From a virus (taxonomy: Duplodnaviria > Caudoviricetes): a stretch of DNA of 64,000 nucleotides. How positions within the stretch are numbered: position 1 is the stretch's first letter; every line of letters starts with the position of its first letter. A model generated the notes under the pieces. That model was not told where the DNA came from. It searched no databases and saw only the letters and a list, made by a program, of their open reading frames with translations. The stretch spans positions 96,001 through 160,000 of IMG/VR virus record IMGVR_UViG_3300029288_000066. One strand, given 5' to 3'. A program made the position numbers and the translations under genes. Below are positions 1-10,001 of this stretch, one piece after another.

Positions 1-424
1 CACATAATTCTATCCAACTTCTTTTCATTTCATTGTTCTGGTCAAAAATCTTCATAGACTGAAAATTTGCACTTGAGAAATCCAAAGAAAGCATAAAATT
101 ACCTTCATACATTTTCAGGTGGTCTTTCGTATAGAACTTGGTCTGAGAATAATCAAATTCTTGGCACTTTTTATAAGCTTCTGACGTGGCTAAATAGTTT
201 TTGATGGTTTCATATACATAGCCCATTTTGTAATGTCCTACGTTGTTATATCCATTTTCTTTCAACCAATCTTCAAATTCAGAATAATTATTTACAGTCA
301 AAACAATATCCTTAAACTCAAAAGACTTTGAAAGTGTGTTGATATAGTATTCAAAATGTTCTTCAACAGGAATGTTGAGCTTAAAAAGCTTAGCGAATTC
401 TGCAATCTCTTTAATCTTTTTCAT
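1..424 (-). CDS. Hypothetical protein, truncated by window edge (MKKIKEIAEFAKLF...SLDFSSANF...)
   Basis: Manual translation from ATG at 424, open to position 1; overlaps stop of upstream gene. Confidence 0.8.
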   Translation of the reverse strand, partial: MKKIKEIAEFAKLFKLNIPVEEHFEYYINTLSKSFEFKDIVLTVNNYSEFEDWLKENGYNNVGHYKMGYVYETIKNYLATSEAYKKCQEFDYSQTKFYTKDHLKMYEGNFMLSLDFSSANFQSMKIFDQNNEMKRSWIELC

Positions 425-1592
425 AGAATTCTTTTCTTATTTTATTTGTTAAATTTTCAATAAATTTATGGTCGACTTTGTTTGGAAGATTTGATTTTTC
501 AAACAATTCATCCATTTTCGCAATTTTTTCTTCTGCGGTTTTAATCAAAGTGTCCAAATCAACTTTTCCGTGCCTGATATCAAGCAATTCTTTTGCATTT
601 GGTCTTCTTACAACAATTCCTTTGCCTTCGGCAATTTCGATAGACATATCAATTAGCCTCATACAATGAAGCATGTTTTTCCCATCAATTTTTTGTCCAT
701 GACTCTCAACATCAACCCATCTCTGCATATTTCTTGTTTTCAGCCAATTTTGATATTTGCTATAATCTTTGCAGTGCTGGGTATAAGCATCTTTGTTATA
801 AGAGAAAACGCAAACTGGTTTTTCTCCCTTCGGAATAGAACTTAATCTTAAATTGTTGGAAATCCCTGCGTTTTCTGAGCCGCCTTCTTTTTCGAGACCC
901 TTATATCCTAACCCAACGGTTTTGCTTTGTTCCTTAAGAACTTTTTTGTTGTGTTCTTTATCTACTTCTTCCATACACTTTGCAAAACAAAGATGTGCTT
1001 TCGAATCATAGAAAAGTGCGAACATATTCGTTGCGTTTGATACGTTTACGACGCCACAAAATTTTTGTTCATAATTATAATCCTTTAAAAACCCCTTCAA
1101 TTTTCTTGTTCCATATCCATCAATCACAAAGCAAAAGTCAATAGGGTTTTTTCTGGTTACCTTATTCTTTTCCCAGTTCATCATTTTATCCTGGCCTTTA
1201 GCTTTTTTTATTTGAGCTCTGGAATAGCCCCCAAAAGAATCAGCACATTTTTTTGTGATAAACTTATCCATTTCATTCAAAACCAAATCAAAAATTGGGT
1301 GTTTTGACACAACACAATCTTTGGGACTGTTCAAAAGCTCCAATAGTGTAGGATTTGCAGTTTCAATAAGCTGCATAAATTCGCTTAATTCAAATCCAAC
1401 AAAATCTTTATTAACGTGAACTTGTGGAATAAACCCGTACAAATAATCAGGAAGAATGTAAACAAATTTTTTGTCCACATCACTTTCTGGAGTATTCGTT
1501 CCATATGCTTGAGAACCGACAATTGTTTCAAAAACAATCCAATTGTTAGCTTTCAAAAATTCATAAAACTTTTCCGAACTTACATTTACCAT
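411..1592 (-). CDS. DNA pol-beta superfamily nucleotidyltransferase (RlaP/YcgL/T4 NrdC.11-like)
   Basis: GSQAYGTNTPESDVD motif, NPTLLELL, C-terminal KNMLHCMRL...LLDIRHG...SNLP. Confidence 0.85.
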   Translation of the reverse strand: MVNVSSEKFYEFLKANNWIVFETIVGSQAYGTNTPESDVDKKFVYILPDYLYGFIPQVHVNKDFVGFELSEFMQLIETANPTLLELLNSPKDCVVSKHPIFDLVLNEMDKFITKKCADSFGGYSRAQIKKAKGQDKMMNWEKNKVTRKNPIDFCFVIDGYGTRKLKGFLKDYNYEQKFCGVVNVSNATNMFALFYDSKAHLCFAKCMEEVDKEHNKKVLKEQSKTVGLGYKGLEKEGGSENAGISNNLRLSSIPKGEKPVCVFSYNKDAYTQHCKDYSKYQNWLKTRNMQRWVDVESHGQKIDGKNMLHCMRLIDMSIEIAEGKGIVVRRPNAKELLDIRHGKVDLDTLIKTAEEKIAKMDELFEKSNLPNKVDHKFIENLTNKIRKEFYEKD

Positions 1593-2662
1593 TATTTCCT
1601 TGGTTTAATATTTTCTGAATCTTTAATCTTTTCAAAAATCTCTTTTTCTTTATCAGATAAGTTTTGTGGAGTAAAAACACGGACATCAATATATAAATCT
1701 CCTCTATAATTTGTTCCCGCTTTATACATTCCTTTTCCCTCAACCCTTAATCTTGTTCCACTTTGAACTCCTGGTGTAATGACAACCTTTATTGTTCCCC
1801 CCTCGATTGTCTTAACTTCCAAATCTTTTCCAAATATTGCTTCACATATACTAAGGTGACACGTTGTATATAATTCAGAATCTTGACGTGTTACTGAATC
1901 ATTAAAAGCTTCTTCAACAATAACAAACAAGTTTCCGTTTGGTCCTCCATTCTTAGATACATTTCCAGCACCAATAAACTGTAATGTGTCACCGTTTTTC
2001 ACACTTCTTGGTATTTGCAAATCGACTTCTTCGTCTTTAAATGTTGTTTTTTTACCACCACAAGAACTACATGTTGCTTGAATTATTTTTCCGCTTCCAC
2101 CGCAATTTTGACAAGGTTCTTGCGACATAAAACTTCCGACCATGGTGTTTTTTACTCTTTTTATCCATCCAGAACCTTGACAGTCTGGACATGGATGAAC
2201 AGAAGAGTCGTTTGCTGCACCAGTACCTTTACAAACTTCACAAAGGACTTCCCTTTTATATTTTACCTTTTTTGTTATTCCAGAGAAAACATCTTCCAAA
2301 TCCAGAGTAATCTTCATTCTTAAATCTGTTCCTCTGTTATGTTGTTGATTTGCTTGTTGAAATGGGTTTCTTCCGCCAAAGAACTGTTCGAATATATCAT
2401 CTACATTAAAACCCCCGCCAAAACCCCCAAATCCACCTGGCATTCCCTGAAAATCTCCACCATCATATCTCTTTCTTTTTTCTTCGTCACCAATTACAGA
2501 ATAAGCCTCTGCAATTTCTTTAAACCTCTCCTCAGACTGTGCATTTCCTGGGTTTTTGTCAGGATGATGCTTTAACGCCAACTTACGATAAGCTTTTTTT
2601 ATCTCATCCAATGACGCCGCCTTGGGAACTCCCAAAATTTCATAATAGTCTTTTCTAGCCAT
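1592..2662 (-). CDS. dnaJ: DnaJ chaperone
   Basis: J-domain with HPD, G/F-rich linker, four CxxCxGxG-type zinc motifs, C-terminal domain. Confidence 0.97.
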   Translation of the reverse strand: MARKDYYEILGVPKAASLDEIKKAYRKLALKHHPDKNPGNAQSEERFKEIAEAYSVIGDEEKRKRYDGGDFQGMPGGFGGFGGGFNVDDIFEQFFGGRNPFQQANQQHNRGTDLRMKITLDLEDVFSGITKKVKYKREVLCEVCKGTGAANDSSVHPCPDCQGSGWIKRVKNTMVGSFMSQEPCQNCGGSGKIIQATCSSCGGKKTTFKDEEVDLQIPRSVKNGDTLQFIGAGNVSKNGGPNGNLFVIVEEAFNDSVTRQDSELYTTCHLSICEAIFGKDLEVKTIEGGTIKVVITPGVQSGTRLRVEGKGMYKAGTNYRGDLYIDVRVFTPQNLSDKEKEIFEKIKDSENIKPRK

Positions 2663-2732
2663 ATTAGTTTATACGAAAATAATAGAAAAAAGTTTTAAAA
2701 AAACCCCAGATTATACTGAGGTTTTTCCTAAT

Positions 2733-3689
2733 TTATGCGGATGGACTTTCAATAGATTCAGGAGGAGGAAGTTGTACGGGTGGCACAAAAACCTTAACTT
2801 CTTCTGTCATCGATTTAATTCTAAGATAATTGGTTGCTAATGCGACGACATCCTTTTCACAATATTTTGCAATTCTTGGCAAATCTTTTTCAACCCAGAA
2901 AATATCCTTTACCTGGCTTCCGTCAATATCATCTTTTGATGATGCCGTGCCAAATATGTCAGAAAGAGAATCAAGGCTTACGGCGGCATCCCACACGCCA
3001 AAACTCCAAGTTTCCTTGGTATCAATGATGGGATTTTGCTCCCATGGTTTCAAGTGAGCATAATCAAACATTGCAGGAAGCTGGAATCCGTTTATAATCA
3101 TTCTTTTTGCTATAAAAGGAAAATCGAACACTCTGCCGTTGTGTGCACAAAGAGCCCAAAAATCGGCTGGATTCTTTTCATATTTTCCAGCAAGCTTGTT
3201 TAAGATTGGTCCCAATTTTTCATGATTAATCAAATCATTCAAAAGAACTTTTTCATCTTCATTGGAAAAAGTGATGATTTTAATAGAGTAGAAATCTTTC
3301 CCTTCATCCTTCCACATTACACCAATAGAGATACAGAGAATTCTTCCAAACTCTGGGAAGATTGGAGCTTTAGTGTTATACAATTCTGTCCCAACTTCCA
3401 ACTTAAATCCCTTAAAAACATCCTCTGTGGTTAACTCTTCTGCCTTTTTCTTTTTTACAGTTTTCTTTTTTCCGCTTTCTGGTTCCGCTACGGCAACTTC
3501 TTCTTTTAACGAAGATTTTGAGCTAAGAAATTCTGTGTATCTTAAATTCAAGGCAGCTTCGAATTCTTTTTTAAATCTCTTTTGGAAAAGCCCTTGTTGA
3601 TGTTCGGTCAAATCACAAAAGTTTGCCTTTTGACTTGTTGTTTCTATATCAAGAAACAAAATTCGGTTTAATGGTTTTAGGTCTAGCAT
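2733..3689 (-). CDS. PolB-related DEDD 3'-5' exonuclease
   Basis: FLDIET, AHNGRVFDFPF, YCEKDV exonuclease motifs. Confidence 0.85.
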   Translation of the reverse strand: MLDLKPLNRILFLDIETTSQKANFCDLTEHQQGLFQKRFKKEFEAALNLRYTEFLSSKSSLKEEVAVAEPESGKKKTVKKKKAEELTTEDVFKGFKLEVGTELYNTKAPIFPEFGRILCISIGVMWKDEGKDFYSIKIITFSNEDEKVLLNDLINHEKLGPILNKLAGKYEKNPADFWALCAHNGRVFDFPFIAKRMIINGFQLPAMFDYAHLKPWEQNPIIDTKETWSFGVWDAAVSLDSLSDIFGTASSKDDIDGSQVKDIFWVEKDLPRIAKYCEKDVVALATNYLRIKSMTEEVKVFVPPVQLPPPESIESPSA

Positions 3690-3701
3690 AGGTTTGGTTT
3701 A

Positions 3702-4577
3702 TTATTTTAAGTTTTCTTTTTTCTTGGTAAACACATTCTCTGTTGAATCTGATGTAATCCCATATTCAAACTTAATCCTTTCACACTTTAATATTTTATT
3801 ATAAAAGTTGTTTGGAAATGTATCCAGCAGTGTGTTGTTCTGATTTGCGAGCACCTGACACTCTTTTTCAATATTAAAATAGCCCTCACGTTGACTTGTG
3901 ATAAAATTGCTTAAATCCGCATAAAATTTCGTGAACTCATCATAAGGAATTTGCTGATTTTCTTGTATCCACTTCCACGTTACCTTTTCACCATCTTTAC
4001 GGTTTTCCATTATTATTTTAGTAACCTGAATAAATGTTTCCTTGTTGACATTTGTTATTTTTTCTTTTTGTAAATAAGTTTTCCACAACTTATCATAGAA
4101 ACCCTTTTTTTCTTCTACTTTCTGAGTGTAGGTATTGTGATACATTTTTGATTTGTTGTAAACATTTTTACAGTCAATAACAATAGATTTAAGAAATCCA
4201 AACAAATAAAAAGCAGCCACAATTGCCACTATCCACCAAATAATTTTTTTGAAGTTTATTTGCTTTTTTGGTGTGTCCTTTTCCTCTCTTTCTGTCCTTT
4301 CACTCCTTGGTTCATAGTTTTTGTAAAGAAAGGACAAAGGTCCTTTGTCTTCATCCGACATAACCAAGTCAGCAATAACACATATAGTAAATACCGCCGT
4401 AATTCCAATTGTTAATGAAGATATTATTACATGAAATGCTCCAAATGACAGGTGTGCTCCATCATCATCTCCAATAAGTGGCACATCCCACAATGCCATT
4501 GTAATGCCAATTAATAAAAATGACACTATTGCACCAAGCACAATAGCCCAAGTTCTACTCATTAAATTTTTTTTCAT
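3702..4577 (-). CDS. Membrane protein (3 TM) with LemA-like C-terminal region
   Basis: Three hydrophobic segments; LLDTFPNNF motif. Confidence 0.5.
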   Translation of the reverse strand: MKKNLMSRTWAIVLGAIVSFLLIGITMALWDVPLIGDDDGAHLSFGAFHVIISSLTIGITAVFTICVIADLVMSDEDKGPLSFLYKNYEPRSERTEREEKDTPKKQINFKKIIWWIVAIVAAFYLFGFLKSIVIDCKNVYNKSKMYHNTYTQKVEEKKGFYDKLWKTYLQKEKITNVNKETFIQVTKIIMENRKDGEKVTWKWIQENQQIPYDEFTKFYADLSNFITSQREGYFNIEKECQVLANQNNTLLDTFPNNFYNKILKCERIKFEYGITSDSTENVFTKKKENLK

Positions 4578-4637
4578 TTTATATAATTTTTAAATTATTG
4601 TTTTTATTTCCTTTAATACGAAAAAAAATGAAAAATG

Positions 4638-5201
4638 TTATAGCTTACTCAATTCTTTAAGTATTCGAGCTGTATTTATGGCATCATCGACTCCTCTGTG
4701 ACAAGTCCCTTCGAATTCAACTCCCATCTTTTTCAAAGCATTTGAAACGCTCGTAGATTGTTTCAGCCCATACTTAAAGGCGTACCATTCTCCTAAATTA
4801 AAATGTGTTTTTCCAAATGGATATTTAACTTTTTTAAGAGCGCACTCTTTTTCAAACGCAACCCTGTCATAATCTCCCCAGCTGAACCACATTCTTTTGT
4901 CTGCCTGAAACTCATCAATCAAAATCTTGCATGCTTTTTTAAACGAAACCCCATTTTTTTCAACAAACTCAGGAGTTAATGTAGTTAATTTTGTACAGAA
5001 CTCGCTTATTTCTGAAAGTGCTGGCTTAACAATTATGCTTCTTGATTGTATCATTTCTTTCGTAAAATAATCCACACAGGCAACCCCAATTTCAATAATT
5101 TCTTTGTGCTGGCCGATTGGCGGATTCCCCATCCAACAACACGCCTCAATATCCACAACCAATGCGAAACTATTCTTTTTTTCTCTCTTTATTTTCATCA
5201 A
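4638..5201 (-). CDS. ERI-1/KapD-like DEDDh 3'-5' exonuclease
   Basis: VVDIEACC, EIIEIG, SWGDYD, HRGVDDA. Confidence 0.88.
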   Translation of the reverse strand: MMKIKREKKNSFALVVDIEACCWMGNPPIGQHKEIIEIGVACVDYFTKEMIQSRSIIVKPALSEISEFCTKLTTLTPEFVEKNGVSFKKACKILIDEFQADKRMWFSWGDYDRVAFEKECALKKVKYPFGKTHFNLGEWYAFKYGLKQSTSVSNALKKMGVEFEGTCHRGVDDAINTARILKELSKL

Positions 5202-5754
5202 TTTTTATGTATTTAGGAGGAACCGCATCTGTCAAATAAACATCATTATCTGTTTTGTAGAATTTATATCCCTCATTATTCATTTGTTTTGCTTCAATTA
5301 TTAGCACTGCGGCCTCAACTCCCTTTTGGTGTCTTGACCCTGTGTTTTTTGCCTTATCCATATTTTCTTCTGAATACAAATGAACGTGATGTCTATTCAT
5401 CTTTTTCAACCCTTCTTTCATAATAGAAGGTAAAAATCTTGGCGCTGTTCCGTGATACAACTTAAACGGAGGAACTATCGGCTTCAATTGTAAATCAACA
5501 TCAATTGAGTGTCCTTGATTTGCCATTATGAGAGTTTCATCATCATTAAATTTGAATCTTTGTTTATCGGAGGTTTTTACCACTTCTTTCAAATCTTCAA
5601 AAGTAAATTCAATTTTGTCTTGAGACTTCTCTATCAACAAATCAACATCAGCCCATCCATTCTTGTCCAGTGTAATCCCAATGGCACCTGGATTGTGCCG
5701 TAAGACATATGATAAATGCTTACTAATCTTTGTTATCTTTTCTTTATAATTCAT
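5170..5754 (-). CDS. kptA: RNA 2'-phosphotransferase Tpt1/KptA
   Basis: LSYVLRH, DKQRF, ANQGHS, LYHGT, MNRHHVHL. Confidence 0.95.
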   Translation of the reverse strand: MNYKEKITKISKHLSYVLRHNPGAIGITLDKNGWADVDLLIEKSQDKIEFTFEDLKEVVKTSDKQRFKFNDDETLIMANQGHSIDVDLQLKPIVPPFKLYHGTAPRFLPSIMKEGLKKMNRHHVHLYSEENMDKAKNTGSRHQKGVEAAVLIIEAKQMNNEGYKFYKTDNDVYLTDAVPPKYIKIDENKERKKE

Positions 5755-5796
5755 AATTCATGCAAAAGTAATAAATAAAAACCATATATCAAAACA

Positions 5797-6678
5797 TTAT
5801 ATTTCAACTTTTGTTGTATTGATAAATGCGTTATACAATCCTATTGGGTTTTGATTTGGCGCAAGACCCGACACCTGGCCATCTCCTGTTTCAACAACCA
5901 TCCAACCACCATTTTCCTTTTCAGCAAAATCAACCGTGTAAAAAACACTAGCTGCACGCATAGCATAAGCCACTGCGTTTATTAGATTTTCTGGAGGCTT
6001 TGGTAAATCAATTAAAGCAGAATCAATATTACTGTTCTGTTCCGCCGCAGCAACTTTTCCTTTAAATACAAATATTCTCCACTCATTAACTTCACCAGCA
6101 TATTTTTTCAACTCAACAAACTCACGGAAAGCAACTCCTTCATTGAAAAGCTTTCCTCTGGCTTCAATAAAACGATTTACAACGTCTTCCAGTTGTTCGT
6201 GAGTGGTTTCCTTCGGAATCCTGAATAAGCCAGGAATGAATTTTTCTGATTTTACATAATCTTTAAGAACTATTCCATCAGGGAACTGGTCAAACATTTC
6301 TCCCAAAGTTTCTTTATCAAACTTATCGGAAAACAAAGTTTTTGCTGTATATGGTTCAATAAACTTATATGAATTTTTCAAATAATGACATTGAGCATAT
6401 GCGCCTGGATTTGTGTAAAGATAGTGACCTCTTTCTGAGAGCGATTTAAATAACTTTTCATACTCAGTTGGCGTTAGCATCCAACCCCTAAGAATAACTC
6501 TGTAATTCCCTTCTTTAATGTTGGAAAATTTAATTTTTCCTTCGTCAGCTAATAGGTCATGGTCATATCCCAAAGCCTCAAACCCTAATAAATTAGAAAT
6601 TTTTAATTCGTTCTCAAAATTAGAATCTACCCTATCTGATTTGCAAGGGTCGCAGGGAAATAGTATTTTTGGTTGCAT
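5797..6678 (-). CDS. ATP-grasp protein (R2K/DUF4343-like)
   Basis: RGWML, KDYVKS, NEWRIF, FYTVD...ETGDGQVSGL. Confidence 0.8.
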   Translation of the reverse strand: MQPKILFPCDPCKSDRVDSNFENELKISNLLGFEALGYDHDLLADEGKIKFSNIKEGNYRVILRGWMLTPTEYEKLFKSLSERGHYLYTNPGAYAQCHYLKNSYKFIEPYTAKTLFSDKFDKETLGEMFDQFPDGIVLKDYVKSEKFIPGLFRIPKETTHEQLEDVVNRFIEARGKLFNEGVAFREFVELKKYAGEVNEWRIFVFKGKVAAAEQNSNIDSALIDLPKPPENLINAVAYAMRAASVFYTVDFAEKENGGWMVVETGDGQVSGLAPNQNPIGLYNAFINTTKVEI

Positions 6679-6688
6679 AAATTATGGT

Positions 6689-6886
6689 TTAATAGCAATC
6701 AAATGTTGCTTTCATTTCTTCTAAAAAATGTTTTTGTTTGTCTGACAATTTACAGCCAGGGGCTGTCATAGTAAACCCATGCTCGATATATTCAACAACT
6801 TCTTTTGTCGTTACATCTAAGGCTGCTGCAAGCAATTCAATTGCTTCTTCGGCCTTTACTAAATTAATTTCTGTAATTTCTCCCAT
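6689..6886 (-). CDS. Hypothetical protein
   Basis: ORF, likely start MGEITE, tightly packed in operon. Confidence 0.6.
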   Translation of the reverse strand: MGEITEINLVKAEEAIELLAAALDVTTKEVVEYIEHGFTMTAPGCKLSDKQKHFLEEMKATFDCY

Positions 6887-6888
6887 TG

Positions 6889-7347
6889 TTATGATTCTTT
6901 TAATTTGTAATATCCATAAACACATCTTGTTCCATCACGACTGCAGTCATGAGTGTCATTTATAATCCCATCAATCACTGCAACCATATGCTTGCTTACA
7001 CTAACCACCAATCTGCCCTTTGGAAGCTCTTCTTCTTTCAAATGCACTTTACATCCTTGCCCCACAAACATCGTTGGAACCCATATAAGCCCAAGAGACT
7101 CCATATAATCATTGAACCATTTTCTTTTCGAATTTATTCCATGTGCAGCAGTACGTACACCTTCTTCGTGTTTTGCTTTTTTTCTCTTTCCTTTTCTTTG
7201 TGTCGCATTACCATTCGCCAACACATCATAAACCTCTTGATATGGCCTCCCAGTTGCAATACAAATTGCACGACAAACACAATCGTCAGCATGCCCTTTA
7301 TATCCAGCCGCTGCTCGTCCTCCGTCGTTTTCTTTAAATTCTGTCAT
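6889..7347 (-). CDS. Conserved phage hypothetical (DCVCRAI...H...DG..NDT; peptidase-like Cys/His/Asp)
   Basis: ORF track; motif pattern. Confidence 0.6.
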   Translation of the reverse strand: MTEFKENDGGRAAAGYKGHADDCVCRAICIATGRPYQEVYDVLANGNATQRKGKRKKAKHEEGVRTAAHGINSKRKWFNDYMESLGLIWVPTMFVGQGCKVHLKEEELPKGRLVVSVSKHMVAVIDGIINDTHDCSRDGTRCVYGYYKLKES

Positions 7348-7352
7348 GTTTC

Positions 7353-8246
7353 TTAAAATATTAAACTCCCGTGGTCATCCCACCTCGAATATAATTTACA
7401 ATTTTCTCTCAGAATGAGATATTTATATGTGTCCTTTACTTCTTTTGACATACAGTCTTCATCAAGAACAACTCCCATCCCATTATAGCTATATTTGACC
7501 GCTCCAAATGGAAGAATTTCTAACGACTGTCCCTGAGATTTTATAAAGCTACCAATGTTTTCAAACCTATCTTCATTCATTCTGTTTTCTTCTATCCAAG
7601 TGTCAATATCCTTATGTTCATTTGTTTTGGAAGAATACAACTTTCTGAAAGTAACCTGGTCGGCGCCAAGGTCTGCTGCACGTCTCAACATCATAGCTGG
7701 GGCATCTTTATCATAAACATTTGTCATATTAAGCGACAAACGGAGGTTGAAATTGTTTTCTTTTATTCTTTTACATACATCTTCAATTTCAAAAAACAAT
7801 TCTGGACTTATTCCACAAATTTTAGCGTTGTTTGTATTGTCAAATATATCTGACAAGGATAATGAAATGGTAGTAACTCCAATCTTTTCTTTTAAAAAAA
7901 GAAGATTTTCGTTTGTTAGCATAACTCCAGATGTTTGAATCTCAACCCAAAGATATGGACTTGGCAATTCTTTGTTTATATTAGAAAAAAACGTGAGAAA
8001 CCTTCTGTTTTGCAACGCCTCTCCAGTTCCTGTTAACATTACAGTGTTACAATTGTTATCTCGTGAAAATTTTAACCTTTTATAAAATTGATTTCTGTAT
8101 TCATCAACAACTTCATCCCTATCTTCTATATTTCCCCATGTACGCAAACATGGATAATCGTTTTCGTGAAGCCTTGACACACAAAACTTGCATTTGTTAA
8201 CACAACCCTTTGTTGGCACGCATACTGATAAACTTTGTACATTCAT
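7353..8246 (-). CDS. Radical SAM protein
   Basis: CVNKCKFC (CxxxCxxC), TGTGEA. Confidence 0.9.
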   Translation of the reverse strand: MNVQSLSVCVPTKGCVNKCKFCVSRLHENDYPCLRTWGNIEDRDEVVDEYRNQFYKRLKFSRDNNCNTVMLTGTGEALQNRRFLTFFSNINKELPSPYLWVEIQTSGVMLTNENLLFLKEKIGVTTISLSLSDIFDNTNNAKICGISPELFFEIEDVCKRIKENNFNLRLSLNMTNVYDKDAPAMMLRRAADLGADQVTFRKLYSSKTNEHKDIDTWIEENRMNEDRFENIGSFIKSQGQSLEILPFGAVKYSYNGMGVVLDEDCMSKEVKDTYKYLILRENCKLYSRWDDHGSLIF

Positions 8247-8422
8247 TGTCTTTTATTTTTAATTCTTATACTAATTTATACGTTTTTTCAACAAAAAAGT
8301 TTCAAATCAAAAAATTTAAAAAATTTTTTTATATTTAATATTGAGCAACCTTTCCTTTGAATTGTATTTGGGGGTTGTTTTTTATTTTTATTTATTTAAA
8401 ACACCTAATTTATGAATTGACG

Positions 8423-8800
8423 ATGGAAAACAAATCTTTTGGACCTCATTTGACACTTGATTTAAGCAAGTGTAACAAAGACAGATTATCAGATTATAAT
8501 TTTGTTTTTAAACTCTTAAACGAGTTGCCCGAAATAATAGGAATGACGAAAATAATACAACCGTATGTGTTCCCATATAACGGTCTGGTGCCAGAAGATA
8601 AAGGAATAACGGGTATAGTAATTATAGCCGAAAGCCACATCTCAATTCACACATTCGAAGAAAAAGATTATGTTTTTATAGACGTGTTCTCTTGCAAGGG
8701 ATTTGACGTAGAAATTGCAAAGAAATACTTCGTGGAAGCATTCGAAGCAAAAGAAGCAACCATAAATGTTGTCGAAAGAGGATTGGACTTTCCTAGATAA
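8423..8800 (+). CDS. speD: S-adenosylmethionine decarboxylase-family pyruvoyl proenzyme
   Basis: GPHLTLD, IAESHISIHTF self-cleavage motif, DVFSC; likely start MENKSFG. Confidence 0.88.
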   Translation: MENKSFGPHLTLDLSKCNKDRLSDYNFVFKLLNELPEIIGMTKIIQPYVFPYNGLVPEDKGITGIVIIAESHISIHTFEEKDYVFIDVFSCKGFDVEIAKKYFVEAFEAKEATINVVERGLDFPR

Positions 8801-8803
8801 TTT

Positions 8804-9772
8804 TTAATATCCAAGAATATGAGCAAAAATCAAAGGAGCAACAATAGTTGCATCGCTTTCTATCCAATGTCTTGGAGTGTTTATTGATAGCTTTTGCCAT
8901 GTGATTTTTTCAGAAACTTGACAATTAGAAAATCCGCCAAAACTAGTGTGCCCATCTGTAATTTGGCAATAATAACTCCATTCTTGAACATTAATTTTTA
9001 AATCTTGTATTAATAATGGCACTAAAGTTTGACACGAATCGCCACTTATGCCTCCCCCAATCTGAAAAAATCCAATTCCTTGTCCATCACAATTTTTTTG
9101 ATACCAGTCGATAGTTGAAATCATATATTCCATTCCAGTTTTAAGAATTTCAATATTAATGTCTTTTCTAATGCATGCAGCCGCAAACATATTGCCAATT
9201 GTTGAATCTTCCCATCCAGCAACAACAATAGGCAAGTTTTTTTCAGCAGCAGCCACCACCCAAGAATTCTTTGGGTCAATCTGATAATATTGTGCAAGTT
9301 TTCCGCTAAGTATAAGCTCATAAAAGTATTCATGTGGGAACCTTCTTATCCCATTTTTTTTATCGTCTTTCCAAAGTTCCAACATGTGCGATTCAATTCT
9401 TCTAAAAGCTTCTTCTTCTGGAATACAAGTGTCTGATACACGGTTCATTTGTCTTTCAAGCAATGCCTTATCATCTTCTGGTGACAAATCTCTCCAATTT
9501 GGCACTCTCTCGTAAAAAATATGAGCCACCAAGTTAAAAACGTCTTCTTCGAGATTGGCACCAGTGCTGGAAATTGCATGCACCTTGTCCTGTCTAATCA
9601 TTTCTGCCAGCGTTTTTCCTATCTCAGCTGTACTCATTGCTCCAGCAAGAGAAATCATCATTTTTCCACCTTTTTTAAGATGCTCTTCATACCCTTTAGC
9701 TGCATCCACCAAAGCTGCAGCGTTAAAATGCAGAAAATTATCCTGCAAGAATTTTTTTACTTCTCCGTTCAT
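8804..9772 (-). CDS. Deoxyhypusine synthase-like protein (probable homospermidine synthase)
   Basis: LAGAMST, TGANLEED, IGGG, EKITWQK, ESDATIVAPL. Confidence 0.9.
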   Translation of the reverse strand: MNGEVKKFLQDNFLHFNAAALVDAAKGYEEHLKKGGKMMISLAGAMSTAEIGKTLAEMIRQDKVHAISSTGANLEEDVFNLVAHIFYERVPNWRDLSPEDDKALLERQMNRVSDTCIPEEEAFRRIESHMLELWKDDKKNGIRRFPHEYFYELILSGKLAQYYQIDPKNSWVVAAAEKNLPIVVAGWEDSTIGNMFAAACIRKDINIEILKTGMEYMISTIDWYQKNCDGQGIGFFQIGGGISGDSCQTLVPLLIQDLKINVQEWSYYCQITDGHTSFGGFSNCQVSEKITWQKLSINTPRHWIESDATIVAPLIFAHILGY

Positions 9773-9951
9773 GATTGTATTTTATTTTTTAATAAGGAAA
9801 TTTGTAATTTAAGCATTGCAATTTCAACTTGGAGAAGTGCTTCTTTCGTTTCAAAGGTCTCATCATTTTCACCAGACCTTATCATTACAGCTTCATCGTG
9901 TATCTCCTGACAAAAAGCTGGTCTTAATAATCTTTCTTTAATTTCGCTCAT
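9769..9951 (-). CDS. Hypothetical protein
   Basis: Likely start MSEIKE, downstream of TATATTTG promoter. Confidence 0.55.
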   Translation of the reverse strand: MSEIKERLLRPAFCQEIHDEAVMIRSGENDETFETKEALLQVEIAMLKLQISLLKNKIQS

Positions 9952-10001
9952 AAGTATAAGTTTTAGAATGCAAATATAATAATTATTTTTTAGAAACAAA
10001 A

